NCBI GenBank assembly: GCA_045541275.1
Contig: JAZQIX010000014.1
Coordinates: 32,877 to 96,876, forward strand
DNA from: Ruminococcus sp.
GTDB lineage: Bacteria > Bacillota > Clostridia > Oscillospirales > Acutalibacteraceae
DNA: 64,000 bases
Reading direction: 5' to 3'
Shown: positions 27,999 through 37,865 of the stretch, piece after piece
How the letters are laid out: each line of letters opens with the position of its first letter
Position numbering within the stretch: position 1 is the stretch's first letter
The notes under the pieces: generated by a model
Database searches by the model: none
Told to the model about the DNA's origin: nothing
What the model saw: only the letters and a program-made list of their open reading frames with translations
Position numbers and translations under genes: made by a program

Positions 27999-29096
27999 AT
28001 GGGAAGAAAGCGTTCTAATGGTGAAGGTAGCATTACTAAACGCAGTAATGGTACCTGGCGCGGTCAGTTAATGGTAGGCTACAATGATGATGGTTCACCT
28101 CGTCGTGTAAACTTCAGCGGCAAAACAAAGGCGGAAGTTCTTGATAAAATCCGTGATTATAAAAACAAGGCTGATGCTAAACTCAGCGATGCAAGTAATC
28201 TTACATTCAGTGCTTGGGCTGATACCTGGTATCAGAATTACGAAACTCAGGTTCAGGCATCAACATACGATGGCTACAAGTACACGCTAAAACTTCTAAA
28301 AGAGGGGTTGGGTGGCAAGAAACTCCAGAGCATTATCCTTATGGATGTGAATGCTTTTCTGGATAATCTGCGTCAGCGAAATTACTCTATGTCTGCAATC
28401 CGTAAATGCCGAGCAATGCTCCTGCAGATTTTTGATTACGCAGAGGATAACAATCTGATTATGCGTAATCCTGCTCAGCGCTCAAAACTTATGAAATCTC
28501 AAAGCGAAGATTTGTTTTCCGTTAGTGATGATAAAGATGCATTCACTGATGAGGAAGTTGCAATTCTTGAAAAAGAACTGTCAAATGATTTGCTTGGAAA
28601 CAGTATTCTTTTTATGATTTATTCGGGTATTCGCACACAGGAGTTGCTTGCTCTCACAATATCGGATATAGCCGAGGATGGTTCATCTGTTACTGTAAAC
28701 AAGGCAATCAAGACAGTTAAAGGTAAGCCTACAATTGGTCCTCCTAAAAGCAAGTCCAGTTATCGTCAGATTCCTATTCCCGAGGATAAACGCAAGTATG
28801 CTCTTTATCTGAGAGAGCACGCAAAGCATGATTTGATATGGAGTCATTCGGGAGATAAGCCCTACGGTGTAGGCTCATTTAGACGCCGTTATTATACAGC
28901 GATTAAACCTCTCCCTGTACGTAAACTCACACCCCATTGTTGCAGACACACTTATGTAACAAGATTACAGGCAAAAGGTGTGCCCCTTGAGGTTATTGCC
29001 AAACTCGTGGGACATTCCGAAATCAAGACAACGGGCGTATATTTGCACACAGCATTTCCCACACTGCAGGACGCAGTTACAGTACTTAATAAATAA
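27999..29096 (+). CDS. int: site-specific tyrosine integrase
   Basis: SAM-like N-terminal domain plus a complete catalytic set: SGIRTQELLAL (R), KSKSSYRQIPIP (K), HCCRHTYVT (H-x-x-R), LVGHSEIKTTGVYLH (H, Y). Confidence 0.9.
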   Translation: MGRKRSNGEGSITKRSNGTWRGQLMVGYNDDGSPRRVNFSGKTKAEVLDKIRDYKNKADAKLSDASNLTFSAWADTWYQNYETQVQASTYDGYKYTLKLLKEGLGGKKLQSIILMDVNAFLDNLRQRNYSMSAIRKCRAMLLQIFDYAEDNNLIMRNPAQRSKLMKSQSEDLFSVSDDKDAFTDEEVAILEKELSNDLLGNSILFMIYSGIRTQELLALTISDIAEDGSSVTVNKAIKTVKGKPTIGPPKSKSSYRQIPIPEDKRKYALYLREHAKHDLIWSHSGDKPYGVGSFRRRYYTAIKPLPVRKLTPHCCRHTYVTRLQAKGVPLEVIAKLVGHSEIKTTGVYLHTAFPTLQDAVTVLNK

Positions 29097-29117
29097 AAGA
29101 AAGATGAGGTTAATATT

Positions 29118-30071
29118 ATGAATCACCAGTATATTAAAGACTTTATGTATGGCACAACTGTAGCAAGTTGCTACATTCTTCAGGATTTTCGTGTTGGCAC
29201 AACCAAGAATGATACTAAGTATCTGAGTGCAACTCTTAAGGATAACTCCGGAACTATTTCCGCAAAGCTCTGGAGTTATTGCGATTCAGTAAATGCAAAT
29301 GATGTCGGTAAAATTGTGTTTGTTGAAGGTAGTGTTGACATTTATCAGAATAATCCACAGATTGTTCTTTCAGGTATTCGAAGCATAACCTTGGATGATA
29401 TGGAAGGGCTCGATGACTTATCTGCATTGGTTCCTATGGCGCCAATTGATGTTGATGATGAAATGCATAGTATCAGTTGGACAATTTACAGTATGACAGA
29501 CGAGGATTACAAGGCTATCTGTAAAGAGATGATTAGCAGATACGAAAAGGAAATCAGAGTTTTTCCTGCCGCAAAGAGTGTTCATCACAGTTTTCGTTCA
29601 GGTCTTCTTATGCACACAACGAATATGCTTATATTAGCAGAGTACATTGCTGATATTTACAAATCTCATGTTAATCGTGATTTGCTTTTAGCAGGTGTAC
29701 TTTTGCATGATATTGGCAAGATTAAGGAGTTTACCGTCAGCGAGTTGGGTTTGGTTACAGATTACTCAATTGAAGGAAAACTTATGGGACACGCCATTAT
29801 TTGTGCAGAGGAAATTACAGAGATTGCTGATGAGCTCGGTACTCCTGAAGAGAAGGTGCGACTTCTCAAGCATCTTATCCTTTCACATCACGGAAAACCC
29901 GAGCATGGCGCTGCAGTAGTTCCTATGTGTCTTGAAGCAGAACTTCTATCCTGTATAGATATGCTTGATAGCAGAGTGGAAATCTACAGCGAAGCCACCG
30001 CAAATATTTCACCCGGCGAGTTCTCTCCACGTATCTACGCTCTGGACAAGCAAGTATATAGACACAACTAA
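29118..30071 (+). CDS. OB-fold + HD-domain protein (YhaM-like 3'-5' exoribonuclease family)
   Basis: N-terminal OB-like region, then HD signatures LLAGVLLHDIGKIKEF and LILSHHGKPEHGA. Confidence 0.6.
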   Translation: MNHQYIKDFMYGTTVASCYILQDFRVGTTKNDTKYLSATLKDNSGTISAKLWSYCDSVNANDVGKIVFVEGSVDIYQNNPQIVLSGIRSITLDDMEGLDDLSALVPMAPIDVDDEMHSISWTIYSMTDEDYKAICKEMISRYEKEIRVFPAAKSVHHSFRSGLLMHTTNMLILAEYIADIYKSHVNRDLLLAGVLLHDIGKIKEFTVSELGLVTDYSIEGKLMGHAIICAEEITEIADELGTPEEKVRLLKHLILSHHGKPEHGAAVVPMCLEAELLSCIDMLDSRVEIYSEATANISPGEFSPRIYALDKQVYRHN

Positions 30072-30213
30072 TCTTAATATTAACTTAATAATATGGATTC
30101 GCAAAAAAGCTGGTGTTAAAATATTTAACTGAAATGATATAGTGATGGTAGACACAAAAAAGTGTCTACCATCACTTTTTATGTTAGAATAAAGAAAAGG
30201 AGTTGAAAAAAAG

Positions 30214-30573
30214 ATGGGAAGGCCAAAAGGTGGAACAAATAAGAATCATAGCAAAGAAGAAAAATTAGCATTGGTAAAACGAAATTTAGCAGGAGAACGA
30301 GCATCAGATTTGGAAAGAGAAACAGGAATATACCACGCTCAAATACACAAATGGACACAACAGTATTTAGAGGGTGGTGAAGCTGCACTTGTTAACAAGC
30401 GCAAACCGGGTAACCCGCTTGCAAAATATGCGCGTAAAAAAGAACTCACTCCAACAGAGCAATTAGAATACAAAATTGCACTATTAGAGCGAGAACTTCT
30501 AAAGAAAAACGGAGAAATTGTACGATTAAAAAAATTCATAGAACTGGAAAGGGGCGATGCCAAAAGAAAGTGA
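30214..30573 (+). CDS. IS3-family transposase OrfA (HTH + leucine zipper)
   Basis: 119 aa with an HTH (ERETGIYHAQIHKWTQQY) and a coiled-coil tail. The slippery site A_AAA_AAA lies in LKKF. Confidence 0.85.
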   Translation: MGRPKGGTNKNHSKEEKLALVKRNLAGERASDLERETGIYHAQIHKWTQQYLEGGEAALVNKRKPGNPLAKYARKKELTPTEQLEYKIALLERELLKKNGEIVRLKKFIELERGDAKRK

Positions 30574-31472
30574 TTCAGCAAATATATGCTTGTGTTGAAC
30601 GCGAAAGTGAACACCACTCAGTAAAGGAATTATGCGATGTGTATGAAGTATCCCGTTCAGGATATTACAAATGGTTAAAACGGAAAGGAACTTTAAATCG
30701 TTATGAACAGCAACAGCAAGAACTGGATTACTATGTTGCAGATGTTCATTCTCATTATCCGTCGCAAGGATACAGAAGTATAGCAGATACATTGTTAAAT
30801 GAATATGGTTGGGTAGTATCCGATGTTTCTGTGTTTAAATCTATGAGGCGGTTAGGAATTAGTGGATTTATTAGAAAGCAAAAGAATTCGGAACAAGACG
30901 GTTCTGGAAATGAACACGATAGATTCCCTAATATTCTCAACCGAAATTTTTATTCAGCCAAACCGATGCAAAAGATTGTCACCGATGTTACATACATTAA
31001 AAACAAAGGAAAGTGGTATTATCTTGCATGTTATCTGGATTTGTTTAACAATGAAATTGTGGATTGGGAATTAAGTGATACCTTTGACAATTTTCTTGTA
31101 ATGAAACCTGCCAAAAGAATTCTCGAAAAAGCAAAAAGTACTGCAACCCCTATCCTTTTGCACAGCGATCAGGGCGTACAGTACTCATCAGCAGGTTATT
31201 GCAACCTGCTTAAATCTTACAATACTATTCAAAGCATGTCAAGAGCAGGAAATCCGAGAGACAATGCTGTAATTGAATCTTTCTTTGGTAGATTCAAAGA
31301 TGTTATGTCATCACACTTCCAATATTGGAAGTGTGATGACATACACAAAGTTGTTGCCGACACTATTCATTACTTCAATTACATACTCCTGTTCGTAAAC
31401 TTAAAAGAAAGCCGCCAGTCCAATACAGAATTGAACTGGCAGCTTGATCTTTTGCTTTTTTGTGTCTACTAA
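30570..31472 (+). CDS. IS3-family transposase OrfB (DDE/rve integrase core), probably made as an OrfAB -1 frameshift fusion; 3' end possibly frameshifted
   Basis: rve motifs (VTDVTYI, HSDQGVQYSS, GNPRDNAVIESFF). The -1 frame is open from the A7 run. The conserved IS3 C-terminal tail (HTPVRKLKRKPPVQYRIELAA*) is found in another frame from about 31382. Confidence 0.75.
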   Translation: MIQQIYACVERESEHHSVKELCDVYEVSRSGYYKWLKRKGTLNRYEQQQQELDYYVADVHSHYPSQGYRSIADTLLNEYGWVVSDVSVFKSMRRLGISGFIRKQKNSEQDGSGNEHDRFPNILNRNFYSAKPMQKIVTDVTYIKNKGKWYYLACYLDLFNNEIVDWELSDTFDNFLVMKPAKRILEKAKSTATPILLHSDQGVQYSSAGYCNLLKSYNTIQSMSRAGNPRDNAVIESFFGRFKDVMSSHFQYWKCDDIHKVVADTIHYFNYILLFVNLKESRQSNTELNWQLDLLLFCVY

Positions 31473-31596
31473 CTATTGACTATTTCAGTTAAAATATTTA
31501 ACACCAGCTTTTACAATTTTGTTAGATATCTTTGCTCATATTATTTACACAACAAATTTTACTATATATGTAAAAATAATATAAAAACATATTATT

Positions 31597-32610
31597 TTAA
31601 CATACTATTTTAAACGCAGATATATACAATTCGTCAATTTGTCTTCTAATAAAGCTTTCAAAGTAACGACTCGTAGGAACCAATTTAGTAACGCCAACAT
31701 GCATTTCGTTAATACCCAAGTTGTTCGCAAGAGATTCTGCATGATCAGTATCCCTTGGTTCTCTATTAATTCTCAGAAGAAGATAATCTCCTTTATATTT
31801 CTCCCAAAATGTTGAATCAAAGTATTTGTTATCAAGATTACCTCGATCTCTATAAAACTTCAACTGTTCCTGGGGTGAAACATTAATGTTTTGACAGTCT
31901 GGATATTCAGTTTTTAAAAACCTATTCCATATATTAACGTAATTATCATAATCTATTTTCTTATGGTCGATTCTAGCAGCAAATGCAAAAGAGAAATATG
32001 AAGGCGATTCCTTTCTATCTATTAAGTAATAGCAACTATAATCGTTTTGATCCTTAATTCTATTATAAAAACCCAGTTTCAATTTGCTAAACTCTTGTTT
32101 CTGTTTTAAAGGCATTGTTGCTAAGTAGGAAACAGAATTAAACATAGCGATATCCAAAAAAATATCTACAGCTGCTGATATTTGATCTTTTTTATCAATA
32201 ATGATTTTTGCATTACCTGGAATTGCTTGATCTGAAACCATTACTCTCCGCTGTGGTGTTAATGTTTTAAAATTAATTAAGTGTGTGATATCTTCAATAT
32301 CAATCTCCTTTAGTTCTTCAAAGTCATTTATAGTCTTTGCTGAATCAAAGTCATTAATTATTATTCGTAACTTTGTATTATCCTTAACAACTCTCCTTAC
32401 AATTACAAATGGTAATACTCTCCCACCTACTATCGCATTAGTCTCTTGTATTGCCATCCAGAGTCTTTCATTGATTTCTTTGACAAACTTATCCTTCTCT
32501 TCATCGTCGGATGATGTATCGTCAATTAAAATATATCTTTCTAATGTATAATTAGAAAAATTTCGCATAGTAGCTTCTCTAAATGTATTTCTCATTTTGC
32601 GTTCAGACAT
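31597..32610 (-). CDS. hypothetical protein (337 aa), no recognisable family
   Basis: Long AT-rich ORF, 29 nt downstream of the DUF2971 gene on the same strand. Confidence 0.55.
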   Translation of the reverse strand: MSERKMRNTFREATMRNFSNYTLERYILIDDTSSDDEEKDKFVKEINERLWMAIQETNAIVGGRVLPFVIVRRVVKDNTKLRIIINDFDSAKTINDFEELKEIDIEDITHLINFKTLTPQRRVMVSDQAIPGNAKIIIDKKDQISAAVDIFLDIAMFNSVSYLATMPLKQKQEFSKLKLGFYNRIKDQNDYSCYYLIDRKESPSYFSFAFAARIDHKKIDYDNYVNIWNRFLKTEYPDCQNINVSPQEQLKFYRDRGNLDNKYFDSTFWEKYKGDYLLLRINREPRDTDHAESLANNLGINEMHVGVTKLVPTSRYFESFIRRQIDELYISAFKIVC

Positions 32611-32639
32611 AATTCTTTTTCCTTTCTATATTATAAACA

Positions 32640-33503
32640 TTAATCCATATGAATATTTATTAATCTACACCCATCAATAGTAAATGTAATTTTCTTCAAT
32701 TCACACAAATCTTCACATAACATACAAAGAATTCTTTCGTTTGTAGGATCTATTTTTTCGCCGACAACAACTCCAACAATAGCATCGTTACTACCATCAA
32801 TATCTAAATTCTTTTCGTTATATGCAAGATAGCGAAATTCTTTTTCACCTTTCCAATCATCCAATTTATGAAAATAATTATACTTAGTAAAATCGCAATT
32901 TTCTTTTATAAATGTATGGCACTGTATTTTAAATCCAGAGCTCTCTGGTGCTACCCCTAACAAGCTATCAATTTCCTTTATTGTTTCGTCGCTAAATTTG
33001 TATGTGAATAATTGATCCTTATACACAACATTCGAATGGTATAGGAGAAGCGAATTCAATCTTCTTTGAATTAAACGAGATAATTTATTTTTATCATACA
33101 CTAAACACACACCAGTATTATTGTTTGCATATTGTGCCCACATTCTAGGCATTGCAAATCCCCTTCCAGAATAATCTGAATAACGTGTACGTGAATCAAC
33201 ATTATTTTCATTAAGTTCATTGTCCATCGAAAAACACAACAATTGAAGATCCCCTGAGTAATTATCATTAAAAGAATGTATCCACTCAATTAGACGACGA
33301 TGTGTTTTTTGATTCATAGTCTCAAAATTAATTTTTAATTTAGACTCTAACGTATCGTTGGTGCGACTAATTTTCGAAAATCTTAATGAATTTCCATCTA
33401 AAATTTTAAACGCTTTATCTATATTTGTATAATGGTATAAATATTTACCAGTGTCAAAGTTATCGTCAAAAGCTGTAAGCCAAGCCATATTATCTATTAT
33501 CAT
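32640..33503 (-). CDS. DUF2971-family protein
   Basis: YLYHYTNIDKAFKILDGNSLRFSKISRTNDTLES matches the DUF2971 N-terminal signature. Start trimmed to the ATG at 33503 (AGAGGTG RBS). Confidence 0.6.
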   Translation of the reverse strand: MIIDNMAWLTAFDDNFDTGKYLYHYTNIDKAFKILDGNSLRFSKISRTNDTLESKLKINFETMNQKTHRRLIEWIHSFNDNYSGDLQLLCFSMDNELNENNVDSRTRYSDYSGRGFAMPRMWAQYANNNTGVCLVYDKNKLSRLIQRRLNSLLLYHSNVVYKDQLFTYKFSDETIKEIDSLLGVAPESSGFKIQCHTFIKENCDFTKYNYFHKLDDWKGEKEFRYLAYNEKNLDIDGSNDAIVGVVVGEKIDPTNERILCMLCEDLCELKKITFTIDGCRLINIHMD

Positions 33504-33656
33504 AAATTCACCTCTAATATATTGTATGTAAAACGCAAAAGATCTATTGAGCAAATATTATTAATGCAATATGTTTTTTACTGCTCTAAATGATATTTGA
33601 TATTTACGAGTTCATTATTAATAATTGGTAACCACAAATAACAAAGATAAGCTATC

Positions 33657-35354
33657 CTATGTTTTTGTTTGCCTTCGCATTGATTCTACTGCTGCACCAA
33701 TTAGATTGGGTACATTTTCTGATGCCCATGCATCCCAGAACTTAATTGTTGCACTATTAGGCTCAGGATTAGGCTTTTTTATAAGTATTCTACTAGGCAG
33801 CAGACAAGAATCACCCACTACTAAAGCTTCTCCTACATCAAGGATAGGCAACAGATCGCCAAAATTACCAATGCTATCAGGCAAAAGTCTTTTTATAACA
33901 TTTTGATCATCTGAATTGGTTAACCTCATTGCAACATAGTTACTACTTTGACTTAAAACAGTCCTGTCCACCTCAGATGGTCTCTGTGTAATAACAACAA
34001 GACCAACACCATATTTTCTTCCTTCTTTTGCAATTCTTTCGAAGCTCTGCAAACTCATTGATTCCATACCTGCATTAACATTTTGAGGGATATACAAATG
34101 AGCTTCATCGCAGAACAATGCAATTGGATGTATTTTTTCTTTTTCTATCCATTGCTGAACAGAGAATACAATTCGAGCAATAAGTGAAACGACCAGAGGC
34201 AATATGTCAGATGGCACTTCAGAAAAATCAATGATTTTTATTCCACCACCTCCAGATGCCGGTAGCATTAACTTTTCACATAATACACTCATATAGTCAT
34301 ACTTTAGCAAATTACAATCCTGAGAAAACATAAAGTTCAATCTTTTGTCGCTAGTTTTATTTTCTAACCTCTGAATAAATCTTGACAACACCCCATTATA
34401 GTCTCCCTTTTTAAGTTTTCCGCTTGATCCTGTAACCATTTCTGTATTAAACTCGTTAAATTTACTAATAACTGCAGGAATACTATAGGGGACCGGACAA
34501 TCGATTGTGATATTATCTAATATATCATCCATACCATTTTCGGCTAAAAATTCATTTTTCTTTTCCAAAACTGTTTTGCTAAAAATCATTGCCTGATTTG
34601 GAGCGTTATTATCTCCTCTGTCCAGCATCATTGACATCATCTCTTCATATGTCAACAACCAATATGGCAAGAATAAGACCTCATCAAAATAAATATCGCA
34701 TGGTCCCGCAATTCTATAATGCTTGATGTTTTCACCTATAATAGGTACATACTCCCCGTGTATATCAAATACAATTGCATTTGCAGATTTTAACAGAGCA
34801 GCTTGTTCGATAATTGTTGCAACTGTACATGACTTACCGGATCCTGTACTACCTACAACCACAGCATGCTTTTGAAAAAATTTATTCCCATCTAAATATG
34901 CATTTGCATGTTTACTCAATGCATAAGTTCCTATATTAAGTGGCTCTACTCCTTGTTGCGCAGTATTTGACAAGACACCCATAAAGTTTGCTAAATCATC
35001 ATCGTTCATTATATAACATTCTGAACTGATTTCAGGAACAGATTCTAAAGTTCTTTTAAAAACATTTTTGGCTGTACCTTCTTTGTCTAAAAGAGTACCA
35101 ATCAAATTAACCTTCACTATATCTTCTGTTGAAAATTCTTCGTCACTATCTATAAGCTCGTTATATTTTCTAACAATTTTAACGACCATACCTATAAGTG
35201 TTTGACGCTCCTTCGAAGCTTTTATAACAACAAGATTGTTAACTTTCACACTAGATAAAACTACCTCATTCTCAACATTTATTACCACACTAGCAGTATC
35301 AACAGCTTGCACTACACCTATACGTGAATTCTCTTCAAAACTAAATATTGACAT
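33657..35354 (-). CDS. herA: HerA-like (DUF87) ATPase/helicase of a SIR2-HerA defence pair
   Basis: Walker A VVGSTGSGKSCTV, Walker B IALFCDEAHLYIP, VVITQRPSEVD. ATG at 35354 is 6 nt after GGAGG, and the SIR2 stop TAG lies within the RBS. Confidence 0.8.
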   Translation of the reverse strand: MSIFSFEENSRIGVVQAVDTASVVINVENEVVLSSVKVNNLVVIKASKERQTLIGMVVKIVRKYNELIDSDEEFSTEDIVKVNLIGTLLDKEGTAKNVFKRTLESVPEISSECYIMNDDDLANFMGVLSNTAQQGVEPLNIGTYALSKHANAYLDGNKFFQKHAVVVGSTGSGKSCTVATIIEQAALLKSANAIVFDIHGEYVPIIGENIKHYRIAGPCDIYFDEVLFLPYWLLTYEEMMSMMLDRGDNNAPNQAMIFSKTVLEKKNEFLAENGMDDILDNITIDCPVPYSIPAVISKFNEFNTEMVTGSSGKLKKGDYNGVLSRFIQRLENKTSDKRLNFMFSQDCNLLKYDYMSVLCEKLMLPASGGGGIKIIDFSEVPSDILPLVVSLIARIVFSVQQWIEKEKIHPIALFCDEAHLYIPQNVNAGMESMSLQSFERIAKEGRKYGVGLVVITQRPSEVDRTVLSQSSNYVAMRLTNSDDQNVIKRLLPDSIGNFGDLLPILDVGEALVVGDSCLLPSRILIKKPNPEPNSATIKFWDAWASENVPNLIGAAVESMRRQTKT

Positions 35355-35364
35355 AACCAACCTC

Positions 35365-36354
35365 CTAAATAATCTTATTGAACCCTTCTATTGTCCAATA
35401 AACACCTTCTATAACAGTATCTGTCTTGTTAATAATGAATCGTGTTTGATTCTCTCCGCCGCTAATTACAACAGCATGTTTTTTACTATTACTAACTATC
35501 ATATCAAGTGCACTATCCGAAAGTTCTTTTGTGACAACAACAATGGGAACTCCTAACTTTATGCGAGAAATAATTTTACCTTGTATCTGGCTATCATTAA
35601 AGCCATAACCAATACAAAGGTAATTATTAGCTTTATCAATCAAGGTATCAGTGTTATGTAATATATCTCTATTAGTCGTTGTATTTAATATCGCTTCATA
35701 CTTATTTGTTCCTGGTGTAATTATCTCAGGCATAAATCCAATTGGAATATTCATCTGCAATGGTATTGATACACTTTCCTTTGTTTTTTCATCAACAAAA
35801 GAATCTAAGGAACCATGCACCTTCAATAAATTAACTATATTTCTTTCTCTTAACTGAGATATCTTTGATTTTTTGTAATACATTCCTGTATATCTGTTAT
35901 CGACTTGTGCATTACATCTATCACAGCAATATTCAATGTATCTATCGTAGTTTGTTGTAATAATATTAAGATTGTTGCTACTGGTTCTGAGCAACTTTTT
36001 AATCAAATCTGAAAATGGTAAATCATAACCAAACAAAACTTTCTCTCTAAACACCTTTAAATCAGCATCACTAATCAATTGCCATGTTGATCTTTTTATA
36101 TCATTTAACAAACTCTCACTCAAATTAATAGATGTAAGTGCTTTTTCTAAATCTTCACCTTCTCTTAACCTTTTCGAAACCTTAATCCAATCAGCATCTT
36201 CGAAATACTTATCTTCCAAATTATCCAATAAATATTGTGCTAACTCCTTCATTCCCGGAATCCCAACAGGAATAGAAGCACCCGTTCCTACAAGCATCAA
36301 AGGTACATCGGATAGGTATTCCTGAATAATCTTATAAATCTCTTCTTTATTCAT
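35365..36354 (-). CDS. SIR2-like (SIR2_2) NADase-type effector protein
   Basis: LMLVGTGASIPVGIPGM, IITTNYDRYIE and KVHGS are SIR2_2 hallmarks. Start trimmed to the ATG at 36354 (MNKEEIYK). Confidence 0.75.
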   Translation of the reverse strand: MNKEEIYKIIQEYLSDVPLMLVGTGASIPVGIPGMKELAQYLLDNLEDKYFEDADWIKVSKRLREGEDLEKALTSINLSESLLNDIKRSTWQLISDADLKVFREKVLFGYDLPFSDLIKKLLRTSSNNLNIITTNYDRYIEYCCDRCNAQVDNRYTGMYYKKSKISQLRERNIVNLLKVHGSLDSFVDEKTKESVSIPLQMNIPIGFMPEIITPGTNKYEAILNTTTNRDILHNTDTLIDKANNYLCIGYGFNDSQIQGKIISRIKLGVPIVVVTKELSDSALDMIVSNSKKHAVVISGGENQTRFIINKTDTVIEGVYWTIEGFNKII

Positions 36355-36424
36355 ATAAAACAACCTTTCAAAAGCAAGCACAATAATAGTGCTTGCTTTA
36401 TATATTCGTATTATTAACAAACAC

Positions 36425-36450
36425 CTTACAATAACTATTTATTATTGTAA
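36425..36450. repeat. lox/dif-like palindromic site A (CTTACAATAA-CTATTTA-TTATTGTAA)
   Basis: 26/26 identical to the reverse complement of site B. It lies 33 bp upstream of the 36483 start. Confidence 0.8.
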
Positions 36451-36482
36451 AAAACAAAAGAATGCTAATGGAGGATCAAATA

Positions 36483-37865
36483 ATGGAAACATCCTTAAGT
36501 AATTATAATCCTAGTGTTAATATATTAACCAATGCAGAAATCCTCAACACAGATAAATATAAGAAAAAAATTAGCTATCTAACTGTTCAAAGTAGTTTAT
36601 TTGCGGACTCGACATTTAAGAACTGCGATATTGTGGGATGTAAATTATATAATAGTAAATTCAGTAATGTTTCCCTAGACAATGCAGACATTATTTCGCT
36701 TCAAATATCAAATTGTTTATTTATAAATGTGAGTTTTGATGGAACATGTATAGAAGACATAGATTTTAGAAACTGTGTCTTTGATAGTTGTAGTTTTAAA
36801 AATTTCTCTATGAAAAATTGCTGTTTTTCAGGATGTGTGTTTTATAAGTTTAAACCTTCTTGCTGTTTGTGTGAATTAAATAACTATGTAGAGTGTACAT
36901 TCACGGACAGTACTTTTTCAAGTTCATTTCACTATCAAATTTTTAGTGATTGTACATTTAATAACACAAGTGTTGATTTAGAATTATTGGGATATAATTA
37001 TGGCTTGCTATCCAATAGTCAGATTATTATAGAAAACGGCAACATAAATGATTCTACGAACAGAATTGAGTATTTATATAACAATTATTTAGAACAAAAC
37101 TTATACGCTAATGCATTCATATTAAAAATTAATTTTGAATATGGTGAAAATCCATCTGTGTTATTATTATGGACTGATTTTTTGGAAATTATATTGAAAA
37201 ACGACATAATAATTAAATCCAATGAAATAGTTTTTATTAAAAACCTAATTTCTCTTTTCTCAAGAAAAAAACAGATTGCTCCCTTATTATTGTTTGTTTT
37301 GAATAACAAACTTATAAATACGCTTAATAAGTTTAATGTTGAAAATTCTAAAACTAGAGATGATATAATTCTGCTTGTAAACAATATTTATTTCGAATTC
37401 AAGAGCATTATCCAGGAGTTTTCTACACTAAAAGATAATTACTATTTTGAGAATAAGAGACTATTAATTGAAATAAAATACGTAGAAAAGCCTGAAAAAG
37501 ATTTGAGTCAAATATTAAATCAATTTGGCCTGGGTCACTGTAAACAAATAAAAACTGAGGCTGGTTCTTTTTATGAGTGGATTTCCTGTCCAGATAACAT
37601 GATAAAATGTTTGGAAGTTTTTTTGATGTTGTTGGGAATAGCCGCACCTATTGTTTATGATTCAATTAAAACTAAGAAAAAAGAAAAAGCAAAAAAGCCG
37701 ACAAATTTCTTGGATTTGTCAGAAAATACATCTATAAATGTAACTATCAATGTTACAATTAATAATGGATGTCAAATTTTAAATAATTGTAACTTTGTAG
37801 AAAACAACTTTTACGGCTATAACAATAAAAATGTTCAAAAAGTTAAGATATCTGTCGAGAAATAA
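36483..37865 (+). CDS. pentapeptide-repeat protein with C-terminal TM helix
   Basis: A run of A(D/N)LxX-type pentapeptides (FKNCDIVGCKLYNSKFSNVSLDNADIISLQISNCLFINVSFDGTCIEDIDFRNCVFDSCSFKNFSMKNCCFSGCVF) and a TM segment FLMLLGIAAPIVY followed by a Lys-rich stretch. ATG at 36483 is 7 nt after GGAGGA. Confidence 0.7.
   Translation: METSLSNYNPSVNILTNAEILNTDKYKKKISYLTVQSSLFADSTFKNCDIVGCKLYNSKFSNVSLDNADIISLQISNCLFINVSFDGTCIEDIDFRNCVFDSCSFKNFSMKNCCFSGCVFYKFKPSCCLCELNNYVECTFTDSTFSSSFHYQIFSDCTFNNTSVDLELLGYNYGLLSNSQIIIENGNINDSTNRIEYLYNNYLEQNLYANAFILKINFEYGENPSVLLLWTDFLEIILKNDIIIKSNEIVFIKNLISLFSRKKQIAPLLLFVLNNKLINTLNKFNVENSKTRDDIILLVNNIYFEFKSIIQEFSTLKDNYYFENKRLLIEIKYVEKPEKDLSQILNQFGLGHCKQIKTEAGSFYEWISCPDNMIKCLEVFLMLLGIAAPIVYDSIKTKKKEKAKKPTNFLDLSENTSINVTINVTINNGCQILNNCNFVENNFYGYNNKNVQKVKISVEK

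Larger units (their letters stand above)
30111..31506 (+). mobile_element. IS3-family insertion sequence (1396 bp)
   Basis: Terminal inverted repeats TGGTGTTAAAATATTTAACTGAAAT... / ...ATTTCAGTTAAAATATTTAACACCA. orfA and orfB lie in the 0/-1 frames, with an A7 slippery run at 30528-30534. Confidence 0.85.

Noticed and set aside
30100-31515. Target-site duplication flanking the IS3 element.
   Set aside because: Only a GC dinucleotide is shared, and it may belong to the inverted repeats. No convincing 3-4 bp duplication is present, so none is claimed.
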